DNA of 64,000 nucleotides from contig OX597816.1 in the NCBI GenBank assembly GCA_951406725.2, positions 153,450,001 through 153,514,000 of the forward strand, written 5' to 3'. This DNA comes from Octopus vulgaris (Eukaryota). Shown in pieces: positions 40,638 to 53,124 of the stretch. Position 1 is the first letter of the stretch. Each line of letters opens with the position of its first letter. The translations under genes were made by a program, and so were the position numbers. The notes beneath the pieces are model-generated. The model searched no databases and was not told the origin of the DNA. It saw nothing but the letters and a program-made list of their open reading frames with translations.

Positions 40638-43128
40638 GAGGTTCTGACTCATTGGAAGGCCCAATAACTCACGATGAACTTTTGAAATGTTTGAAAAAGG
40701 CAAAGAACAATAAAAGTCCAGGTTCGGATGGGTTCACTTATGATTTTTATAAATTCTTTTGGAAAGATTTATCTCCATTTTTGTTGAGGTCATTTAACTA
40801 TAGCTTTGCTATGGGTTATCTGTCATTGACACAAAGGCAAAGTATTATTATCTGTATTCCAAAAGGAGATAAGCCCAAGCGTTTTTTGAAGAACTGGAGA
40901 CCTATTTCACTTCTCAATACTGCCTACAAACTACTCTAATCTGTTATTGCTGAGAGGTTTAAAAGTATCCTTCCAAAGTTGGTTAGTACTGATGAAACAG
41001 TATTCATATCTAACAGATATATTGAGGACAATGTAAGATTGTTATTTGATCTGATGAAATACACAGAATTTAATGACATACCGGGAATGTTGTTTTTAAT
41101 AGATTTTGAGAATGAATTTGATTCTGTCTCATGGCCATTTATAAACAAGACATTAGCTTTTTTGGGTTTTGGTGATGACATCCATAAGTGGTTCAATATT
41201 CTGTACAATGGTGCTAGATCTTGCCTGATAATTAACGGTACATTGTCTCTTTGGTTCCCTGTTGAGCGGGGCTGTAGACAGGGTGATTCTCTCTCTCTCT
41301 CCATATATTTTTATCCTCTGCGTCGAGGTCCTGGCTTGTCTTATAAGAAAAATCCGAGATATTAAGAAATTACAGTTGATGATAAGGAGTATCTGTTGAC
41401 GCAATATGCAGACGATACAGAGTTCATTTTAGATGATTCGCAAGAGTCATTTGAAGCTAGAGTTGACACCTTGAATTTTTGCGCTGATATATCCGAACTT
41501 AAAATTAACTATGATAAGTCACAGGTGATATGGATAGGTTGAAGATGGGGTAGCTCAGTCAGATACTTACCTAATTTTAGATATAAAATGGAACCCAGAT
41601 TACTTCTAACTTCTGAGTGTAATATTCTAAATGGATTTAAAGGATATGGCCAAAAAGAATTTTGAAAATAAATTATTTGAAATTCAGGTAATGATAAATA
41701 GATGGATGAAAATAATAATCTTCATTTCAAAATTGAACTCTCTCTTCATTACTCTCCCAAATCTACCGGGTAAATTTCTCCAGGAACTAAACAAAATATT
41801 ATTTAAATTTCTCTGGATTGGAAAACCGGATAAAATTAAGAGAGTTGTTGCCTGTAAGCCTGTTAAAGAAGGCGGACTTGGTATGGTCGAAGCTTTTGCT
41901 TACGTCAGCTCTTTAAAGCTATCCTGGATGAGAAAGTTGCTGGACATTCAGTATGAATCCAAATGGAAACACTTATGCTGTGCTTCCTCCACAAAACTGG
42001 AAAATTTAGCTGTATTTGGTAACGCTTTCCCTAGCAAACTAGCTAACACTATCAGGAATGATTTTTGGCATGACTATTTCTGCCTTTGACAAGTTTACAA
42101 ATAAGACGGAGCCTAATTCATTTGATGAATTCATAACAGAACCAATTTACTTAAATAAACATTTAAGTGTCAGTAAAGAGGCAATCTTTTTTCCTGCGTG
42201 GTTTGAGAGAGTTGTTAGCCAGATTCGTGACTTTTTCAATTTAGATAGATCTTACCGAACCCTGGAAGAATTCCAGAATTTTAAAAAACTAGATACAAAT
42301 CTTCTCCCGTATAATGGGCTTATCAGGGCTATTAAAAGCTAACATAAATAAGCAAACCTACTGCAATCCAACATTTAGAGGATAATACAGCTACCCGAAA
42401 GCTCATGTCTGTTCAAAAAGGACCCAAACGATACTACTGTGTTTTAAACAATGCTGAGGCTTGTTTAATATTCAAACACAAATTGGAAGAGTGTATGCTT
42501 GCTGAACTTGAATGGAAAAAGATACTACCTATAAAAACAACAACAGATACTAAACTACGATGGTTCCAGTTCAGAATTATACACAATGCTTTAGCAACTA
42601 ATTCTCTACTATTCAAAATTAAATTGGCCGAAAGCAACATGTGCACTTTTTGTTAACGTGAGGTGGAGACGGTATCACACCTTGTCTGGTATTGTGAATG
42701 TGTACAGGCCTTCTGGCAACGCTTCTTAGATTTACTGTATGAAAAGTGCATACATGTTCGCAATATGAAACTTGACCCACAGTTCATCCTGTTCGGAATG
42801 AGAAAAAACACATACACGGATAGCATCTTTGACCTGTTAATATTATTAGCAAATTTTTTATATATAAAAGCAAAGTGTCAAAAAGCACTCTCAGCTTCAA
42901 ACATTTTAGATACTTTCTGCACGACAGATATCGAATTGAAAAAAAAAAACAGATCATACAATGAAAGCAAGCAAGATGAATTTTTATTAAAAAATGGAGG
43001 CTCTGCCATGAGTCTGTAAACGCGTGGTAGTCATCTAGTGCTACTTCTTGTAGAACTGTATTAAGATATATCATTCTATTTATCTATTTTTCATTCCTTC
43101 TTTTCTCTATCTTCTCTTTCTTTGTTTT

Positions 43129-43189
<61 letters not shown>

Positions 43190-43345
43190 TTATTTTTTAT
43201 TTATATTTTTGTTGGTTTCTCTTTTACTTTCTTTTCAAAAAAAGGTCCTGTTCTCCATTTGTTCAATACAAAACTTCATGGTCCCCTAGCCGTGGTGTTT
43301 TAAATTATAACAGGGAAAACTGGAAATAAAAAGATATTTATAAAA
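40638..43345 (+). mobile_element. Tx1/L1-type LINE, 5'-truncated, with 15-bp TSD
   Basis: KSPGSDGFTYDFYKFFW, KNWRPISLLNTAYK, RGCRQGDSLS, QYADDT, CTFC*..ETVSHLVWYC. AAGTCTACTTACCAA is duplicated at 40623-40637 and 43346-43360. Confidence 0.85.
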
Positions 43346-43399
43346 AAGTCTACTTACCAATATGTTCACCAACGTACATATTTAGTTCTCACACATAGC

Positions 43400-43455
<56 letters not shown>

Positions 43456-45699
43456 TAGCAGTATCGCCCGGTGTTGCTCGGGTTTGTAAGGGAAATAACT
43501 ATATAAGCATTTTTAGAGAGTTATAGCCAAAAAATAGCAAAAAAATGCATTAAAAATTGAAAAAAAATTAAGGTAAATTTTTTTTTAAATCGTTGACACA
43601 TCGTAGATATTTTTAGAGAGTTACTTCCCTTATATAAAAGCGAAAAAAATGCATTAAAATGGAAAAATATGATGGTAAATTTTTTTTAAATCGTAGACTC
43701 ATCGTAGACGCACGCTAATACCCAGAAGGGCTCGATATGAATCACGACTATAAGATACCCGCTTTTGGTTAAACTGCACCGCAAAATGTGGGAGTAGTTA
43801 GGAATCTAAATCGTAGGAGACAGACACACAACTTCACTCTTATATAAAGATGCTTTTTTTTTTCAGTCATAGAGTTAGATTTATGAAGGTCTTCAGTAGA
43901 AAATCCTTCGAATTCTGACTCGCTGCTTGATATAATGAAATTCGTATCCATTTTTTGTCAGAATTACAAATTTTGAAAACACAATAGGAACAAATTTCGG
44001 AAAAAAATCTCCCATAATTCACGGAATTAAAATTACACTTCGATTTTTGTACAAAACTGTAGTTGAAGTGTTTACGAAGTATAATACGTGTTTTCACGAA
44101 TGTACTAAAGAGATTTGCTCTGATATTCTCATTTAAATATGAATAGGTAAATTCGGGCGGCTTGGTAACTATATATAAGTCGTCGTCTGTTTATACATAA
44201 ACACTGTTTCATACTGCAATTATATATACATATATCTATATATAATATTATATAATAAAATATATACAGAGTAAAATAAAAACCAATTTACCTTTTCTGT
44301 CCGTCCGTGTGTCTTTGCAAATGTGTTGGAATGATAAGTGAGTTGAGTTTTGGCGCCTTTTTTACTAATAACAAACACACACGTGTTTGTATGTAGTTGT
44401 ATGTGTATGTAGTTGTATGTAGTTGTATATGTATGTGTATGCGTGTGTGTGAGGAATGACACACACACACTCACGCACGCACATGTACATCAATGCTTTC
44501 GGAGTGATATGTTAAAATATTGAGTTTTCTCGAATTTTGTCTTAATCGGTGGTAAAATTGAAAGAAATTTTTTATGGCATCACCCACTGAAGTACTCTGA
44601 AAAATCTTAGGTAAATTCTAATTGAAGAAATTGTGTGAGGAGTAAGTGGTTATGTATTTATTTGTTTCTGTTTGCTGTGTTTTTTTATTTTTTGAGTAGT
44701 GGTTTAAATACTTTCAGTTTAGTCTTCCTCAAATCACTCTGTCGCTATTTACTTTCATTTTATTCGTTGCCCACTGTGTGTGTGCGTTTGCGTGTGGTGT
44801 AAACCAGACTAAGAAAAGCATTTGACACACACACCAGAATGTGAGTTTTCTGTAAATTTTGCTTAATTGGAGTTTAAATTTAAAAAACTGGACCTGGCAT
44901 GACGCGATGCATTGTACTCTTAAAAATGCTAGGTAAATTGTAATTGAAGAAATCCTATATTGTAGATTTGTATAACTCCCAAAGGGAGGCAGATAAAATC
45001 TGCCTTTTATAATAAGACTAGCAGTATCGCCCGGCGTTGCTCGGGTTTGTAAGGAAATAACTATATAAGCATTTTTAGAGAGTTATAGCCAAAAAATAGC
45101 AAAAAATGCATTAAAAATGGAAAAAATATGATGGTAAATTTTTTGAAAAATCGTTGACTCATCGTAGACATTTTCAGAGAGTTACTTCCCTTATATAATA
45201 GCGAAAAAATGCATTAAAATGGAAAAAAAAACGATGGTAAATTTTTTTTAAATCGTAGACTCATGTAGACGCTTTCTTAGCCATTTCTGTTTTGGTGTCT
45301 TCAAGCCATGAAGTCGTTGTTCTAAAAGAACGCTGGTCTCCTTGACAACGCATTACGACGTTGATTTCCTTACACTCCCGTCCCCACAGGTGCAGGTGTG
45401 AGCGTGGACGCCAACTCCGCCGCCATCGACACACGGAAAATTATGCATTAAAATGGAATAAAAAATGATGTTAAATTATTTTTAAAATCGTAGACTCATC
45501 GTAGACGCGCGCTAATACTCAGACGGGCTTGATATGAATCCCGACTATAAGCTACCCGAATTTGGTTAAACTGCACCGCAAAATGTGGGAGTAGTTAGGA
45601 ATCTAAATCGAAGGGGACAGACACTCACACAACTACAGTTTTATATATATAGATATACATAGCGCAGTAGTGGTGAGATGTGACAGCAAAGAAAAGCAT

Positions 45700-46105
45700 A
45701 CATTCACTCTCTGCATGCAATTAGACTCGGAAAGTTCGTGAGGAACCCATTGACCCAATTTGCTGACTTTTCCGATAGCACACAGGTCTCAATGAATGGT
45801 TGAATGACCAAATCCAAGCTTCTCTGCTAGTTCCTCAACAGTTACGATGAGATTTTGTTCCACCAGGGTTTTCAGGATGTCCTTGTCGAGTTCTACAGAT
45901 CTTTCAGGATGAGGCTCGTCTTCTAGGCTGTTCCAATATAGCTTTGAAAAAAATAGCTGTTAAAATCGAAATGCACTCTTCAAAACTTGCACTATGAATA
46001 AGGACAAGATAAAATTACTACCTGCTTTTATAGCAAGTTAATATAAGTAGTTTATCCCATTCCCCTCTGACTTTTAGTTCAAGCTGTTGAAAAAACCGCA
46101 TTATT
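45700..46105 (-). mobile_element. Mariner transposase N-terminal fossil inside the Helitron array
   Basis: SLEDEPHPERSVELD...TVEELAEKLGFGHSTIH..KLGQWVPHELS (WVPHEL motif). Confidence 0.7.
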
Positions 46106-46118
46106 ATATATATATACA

Positions 46119-46150
<32 letters not shown>

Positions 46151-46482
46151 CACACACACTCTCTCTCTCACACACATGCACACATTTATATTCTGTTATT
46201 CTTTTATATGTTTCAGCCTTGAGGTTGTGGCCATGCTGGATCATGTGTGTGTGTGTGTGTGTGTCTATCTGTCTGTCTGTCTGTATGTATATATGTATAT
46301 GTATGTGTGTGAACAATAATATTTTCAACAGATGTGTTGCAAATGTATCTGATTGTTCTCAAGCTTCAATTCTGTGTGTGTGTGTATGTGTGCGTGTGTG
46401 TGTATGTATGTATGTATATGTATGTATGTATATGTATGTATGTATGTATGTGTGTATGTATGTATGTGTGTGTATGTATGTA

Positions 46483-46513
<31 letters not shown>

Positions 46514-47091
46514 ATGTATGTATGTATGTATGTATGAGTGTATGTTTACTTTATTACTAACACAAGCCACTACGGTTATTTAATGTAAAGTCCTCCTCAA
46601 ATCACTATCTCTGGCTATTTACTCTCTTCCAAGAACATTTTCACTCACACTTAGCTCTTAGCTTCCCATACATTTTACTCATGTATCTATCAGCGTGATA
46701 GAGAGAAACAAATATTACATCTAGTTTCACTTTATTCGTTGCCCACTGTGTGTGTGCGTTTGCGTGTGGTGTAAACCAGACTAAGAAAAGCATTTGACAC
46801 ACACACCAGAATGTGAGTTTTCTGTAAATTTTGCTTAATTGGAGATTAAATTTTAAAAACTGGACCTGGCATGACGCGATGCATTGTACTCTCAAAAATG
46901 CTAGGTAAATTGTAATTGAAGAAATCCTATATTGTAGATTTGTATAACTCCCAAAGGGAGGCAGATAAAATCTGCCTTTTATAATAAGACTAGCAGAATT
47001 GCCCGGCGTTGCTCGGGGCTGAATTGCTTGAAAGTACTGTTAATGATTGCACTGAATTATGATGATTATTCAGGCAAATATCGAAATAAGC

Positions 47092-47610
47092 TTACGGTGG
47101 GAGATAAGGACTTAACGCCAAACGTGTGCCATTGCATTGTTTTGGGGGAACCAAATTTCTGATGGGCATTATAGGGGCACTAACTTTAAGTTTGAGAAAG
47201 TGTGGTGGTAGTCCGGGGTGCTCAAAGGAATTGAGTACCTCTATTGGATAGTTGATGACGTCCTCTGGGTCAGGAGTTGTATCGATAGACTGATATACAT
47301 CGACTTCCCCAGGAATGAGTTTTAGCATTTCATCATTAATATGGTGAACAGTTTTATTTCTCGGGGCCAGTATAGCCTTTTTGCCAATCCAATCCATATT
47401 CTGATAATTAGCTTGTAGATCTGAGAACACTACATCTCTGAGATCAGAAGGCGTCTTAACAATGGTACAAATGGAATCGATGGCAATATTACCATTTTCA
47501 TCCCCTGGTATTTTGCCTTCGCCAAGTGCAAGGAGAGTGTGAGGAAATGCTGGTGATGTGATATTACGTCGCATATGAGCACGCATATTGGTGTGAAGTT
47601 TGAGAGTTAC
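47092..47610 (-). pseudogene. Helitron RepHel Pif1-helicase fragment
   Basis: LLALGEG...KAILAPRN...YPIEVLNSFEHPGLPPHFLKLKVSAPIMPIRNLVPPKQCNGTRL. Confidence 0.85.
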
Positions 47611-48498
47611 TTCTGTTTATTTTAAAAAATATGCATTAAAATGGAAAAAAATGATGGTAAATTATTTGTAAAATCATAGACTCATCGTAGACGCGCGCTA
47701 ATACCCAGAAGGGCTCGATATGAATCACGACTATAAGATACCCGGTTTTGGTTAAACTGCATCGCAAAATGTAGGAGTAGTTAGGAATCTAAATCGGAGT
47801 AGACAGACACACAACCTTTCTTTTATATATAGATACATACATACACACACACATACATACACACACACACACACACATACATGCATACATACATATACAC
47901 ATAAACCGAGTAAAAAATTTCATTTATCTCTCTCTTTCACACATTACTCTCTCTGTCTCTTCACACACACTAACAGAAGCACTTCACTTACACAACATAC
48001 TGTCTGTCTCCCACACTCCATCAAACACACACACACACACACACATGTACATCAATGAGTCCCATGCACGGTAACTTCAAAGGAACTTCCCTCGTCATAC
48101 AATCGCTTTCTCTTAGTCTCTTTCGCTCTCATTACTTATGTAAAAAAATAAAAGTTTTTTCTATGTGTGTAAAGAGGAAGTGGGAGGCAGAGTGAAAGAA
48201 TCACTCACTACAGTAAGTGAATTACTTTCATTTTATTCCTTGCCCACTGTGTGTGTGCGTTTGCGTGTGGTGTAAACCAGACTAAGAAAAGCATTTGACA
48301 CACACACCAGAATGTGAGTTTTCTGTAAATTTTGCTTAATTGGAGTTTAAATTTTAAAAACTGGACCTGGCATGACACGATGCATTGTACTCTTAAAACT
48401 GCTAGGTAAATTGTAATTGAAGAAATCCTATATTGTAGATTTGTATAACTCCCAAAGGGAGGCAGATAAAATCTGCCTTTTATAATAAGATTATAATA

Positions 48499-48568
<70 letters not shown>

Positions 48569-48750
48569 CAATTGTACAGCCATGAAACGATCGTAGTGTT
48601 TTACTCTTTATCTTTTATTAAACTTTTAATACTTTTGATACTTTTGATATATATTTAAAATAATATAAATTAATTAATTTTATGTATTGGCTTATGTTTT
48701 TCATTGTTTGATTTGCCTAATAGTGGTTTTACCTCTAATTTAATATAATA

Positions 48751-48789
<39 letters not shown>

Positions 48790-48790
48790 C

Positions 48791-48845
<55 letters not shown>

Positions 48846-49169
48846 CATATATATACACATGCATACATATATACATATATATATATGCATGTATGTACGT
48901 ATATGCATATATGTATGTATGTATGCATGTATGTATACATGTAGATACTTAAAACATGGGTGTATGTACGTGTGTGTACGCAACACATACGCATATATAG
49001 ATGCAGATGAAGTTGTGAATTGTGTACGGAGTGGTGTAGGAGACAAATTTTGAGAACAAGTAAGTTTTAAAAAAGACATTAGAATCCATGAAATATAAGA
49101 TAAGAAATACGTCATCCATATCCTAGATGTATTTTGGTAAAACTTTGTGCACATGAACTGCAATCAGCC

Positions 49170-49900
49170 TTCAGTTTCGCTGTTTACTTCAATACGGGAC
49201 CGCTAAATGGCTCTCATTTATTTTGGGTAGTAATCTAGACACTGATGGCATTCAGTGAAGTTATAGCATTGTGATTACGTCGATTAGTCAACCTTTCAAC
49301 AACACTACAAACGTAGTTGTCCATGCTATTTAAATCTGACGAGTTTTGAGGCCACATGTTTGGGGTTACATGATTGCAAAATGATCTTATATCTAGTCTT
49401 GGATCATGTGGGCTTTGTGAGAATGAGCTGAGTTTTATTGAATCTTGTTGAATCTTGTTGAGTCTTGTTGAATCACGTATGGTCTTTCACTGCATACTTC
49501 ATCCATCCAGCGCTTAAAAACTACTCCAGTACCCAAATGTAACCAGCAGCATTAATTCTAAGACTCTATGGAATGATGTGAGGTGACATAACAATACTTA
49601 CTAAAGCCACTGCATCTGCAGTGAAGTCAGTGTGCATCCTGCAGGGGACATCAGTAGAATCTACTCATTTTTGGCCTTGGTCGAAATTTTTCGCATCAGA
49701 GAATAACCAAAACATTCCATGTGCGAGAGATTGTTTAACCCTGTCAATTACACAGTAGACCTTGATCAACGGTTTTCTTGTGTCTTTATAGACATGAATT
49801 AGCTTCTCTTCCGTACATATGACTTGTATCGCATGTCTTCATACGCTGCAGTTCTGGTAGTTCACTCGGACATCTGAAGCTCTTAGGAAATGGTCCTCAT
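49170..49900 (-). mobile_element. Decayed Tc1/mariner-superfamily (maT/DD37D-like) transposase
   Basis: FSDAKNFDQ and MWPQNSSDLNSMDNYVCSVVER on the minus strand. Confidence 0.55.
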
Positions 49901-51522
49901 TGATTTTTCTGGGATCATCATATTTGAACCCGTTGGAGAAATGGTAGTATCTTTATTGCGTCGGAACGATTAGGATTTATTTTTTTCTTTGATACGGTTG
50001 AATCATTCCCACCAGAGGCTTCCAGTTCCTTCCGAACTTTGTGTAGAAAAGACCTTGTCACATTTGGAAACTTGACAATTTCAAAATCACTGTGTTCCTC
50101 ACCTATGGCAACAATACCTGCATATGTTTTCGTTTCTTGTGTTATCGATTTATCTTCCGTCAGGGACTTGAAAGAAATAAAAATCTTTTAATTCTTTTTT
50201 AAGAAAGTAATATATTAATAATTAAATGTCCTCAAATATCCATTGCATCCTGTTGTTGATTCTGCGTTGATCTTTTAACGATTATATTTATTCGGACAAG
50301 ATAGTGTATATACTCCTATTGTTTATCTGAATGAAAAGGTCTATTGGCTGAATCCAGATTTCAAAGTGTACTCGATTATACATTGATGCAGGAGTTGGCT
50401 GTAGTGATGCCAACAAAGCTATCTTCACAGTAGACTACTAAATTTAGGGACTTTAAATTGATGGACGTTATGAAATTGCATTTCAGTAAAGAATTAAGAC
50501 TTGTGGTGAGTGATAAATTTTCGCATTGATTTTAATATGAAGCAAAGTTAGCTGTGTACTATTTATTTTAAAAGTTACGCAGGCAAATGGGAATGTTAGT
50601 AATTGCTTTTCTTTTCAGCTGCAAAACACAAACTTAGTAAAACTAGAACTTACAGTTTATGTGTAGATATTAAGCGAAAAGAAAATCATGTGGCAATGCA
50701 TAATCAATCCTCTTGTTTATTTCTCTGTTTGTTAGTGACTGTCTTTATCTCTGCCTTTCTCTAATGCTTCCAGTGTCCATTACTTTCTCTGCTTCTTCAT
50801 TGGCGGACAGTAAATTTAAATTGATATGTATGAGTGTGAGAAACGTATTGTATTAAAGTCATCTACCAGTATATTGATATAAACACACGTAAGTACGTAA
50901 GTACATAGATGGTTGTGTGTGTGTAAAATTGTGTATGTGTTTTTTGTTTGCTTCTTTTCCTCTTAAGTTATTGTATTTTTTATGCCTAAGCACTGTAGAC
51001 AGTTTAAATGCTTCGGAATACTGGTTGAATGTAATAGTTTATAGTTAGTTTAGCATGTCTTAAACTTGAATACAATACAAAAGTTACCTAGCTGGATTGA
51101 ATGTGCAACACACTTTTATTTTATTCCCTACTAAGCTACCAATACCGCCACTTCAGACATCTAATATTTCAGATTGTGAAGAAGATATAAAACCTGAGCT
51201 GTTTCGCCAAAACAATCAATCATGTTTAATAGCTCAATTATGAATTTTGTTTGAGCTTGAAAACCAGTAGGAGAAAACAAAATCAAAATGGCGAATTTCT
51301 CTTGAGATTCCTTTTGCGTGAATATGTAACAGCTGGTTAGCTAACCATCATATATATATAATTATATATTTTTCGAATATCAGCTCTTTGGGATGTGATT
51401 TGCTAGTTGATTGTCCTAATCTCTATTTCTGTGACTGAGTCGTGGTTAAAATGATATATCGACAAAGAAAATGAACATAAAGAATGATAGATGGAATGTA
51501 AAGAGCAGTACAAAAGCACACA

Positions 51523-51605
<83 letters not shown>

Positions 51606-52633
51606 ACATACACACGCACGTACATTATATTTATTATATATACATTTAGTTCTTACATTAAGTCCAGATATCAAGTTCTGAGTTCAAATGCTGCCGAGAC
51701 CAAAATCGCCTTTCACTCTTTTGAGATCGATAAATTAAATACTAGACAAGCACTAGATGCTGAGTTTGTGTCAAGATTGGAAAGCAATTATACATACATA
51801 CAATCATATATTGACAGGAAAGTAACTTCGATGTTTCGCTGGTCGTGGCTTGTTCAACATATGTGTGTGTGCCTCAGTGTGCGTGTGTGTGTGTGTGTAT
51901 GCCTCAGTGTGCGTACGCGAGCGTGTGTGTGCTTGTATGTTATGTAGGTATGTATATATGCATGCATGTATGTAAGTATGTATGCATGCATGTATGTATC
52001 TCATTATTCAGTTTTATTTCAAGATTTCCTATGCAACTATATGCATACATACATCCATACAAACAAATAATGTTGAAATTACAATGAAGGAGCCTTGGGT
52101 CTAGGTTAGAAATCGGTTCTTTCTCTATTGGCAAACAATCTTAATATAAACTGGAAAATGACATACATACATACATATATACATGCATGCATACAAACAT
52201 ACATACATACATACATACATACATACATACATACATACATACATACATAGGCATGTGGATAGATAGGTAGATAGATATGTAGATAAGAAGACAGATAGTT
52301 TACCTTACATATGACGCGTGACTTGAAGTGAGTCTTGTTGCTGGGTGTTATAGCTTATATAACTAGGAGTGAAGGACCCTTAGTTCTCGTTAGAACTTTC
52401 CTCTAGGAGAACGTAAATTTGTATTAAAAAAACCTGAAGTACAATTGATTTTTGGTCGTGCCATTGGTGATATAGCTGCTTGCACTGAAAAGTAGGCTCA
52501 CTGCTGTGCAACACTATCCGCTTAAAGCAAACTCATAAACAGGAGCTTTTGGACTCTTGATTCTAAGAAGTGTTCTTACTCAGTTATGAGTTGACCGCCA
52601 CCATGTATTTATGTATGTATCTATGCCGGTATG

Positions 52634-52760
<127 letters not shown>

Positions 52761-53072
52761 TTAAGCTTAAAATAAAACTGAAGTTAGCTATAAATTTTTT
52801 AAATTTCGCTGTGAAACTTTAAGCAGATTTTCTTTTCTCGCACGAAAATATAAACACGATTGTTCTTACTTGTTCCGCGGTTTGTTTACTGCTCATTAAA
52901 ATCAACTTTAAATTTATAAACATATAAGAACACACACATACACACGCACAAACATAAAGACTGATGCAACATGCATAATCACAATCACGCGCGCACGTAT
53001 ATACACACACGCGCACACGCACACACACACGCGCGCGCGTGCACACGCACACACACACATACACACACAGAC

Positions 53073-53124
<52 letters not shown>

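Larger units (their letters stand above)
43455..48490 (-). mobile_element. Tandem array of three composite non-autonomous Helitrons (43455-45017, 45018-46989, 46990-48490)
   Basis: Hairpin + CTAG 3' ends at 43455, 45018 and 46990. TCTTATTATAAAAGGCAGA 5' ends at 45017, 46989 and 48490. Internal TCT(A/T)TATAT 5' ends at 43850, 45653 and 47833. Confidence 0.8.

Noticed and set aside
43455-48490. Repeat-variable-repeat layout suggesting a CRISPR-like array
   Set aside because: The repeats are hundreds of bp with Helitron termini, the context is eukaryotic and there are no cas genes.
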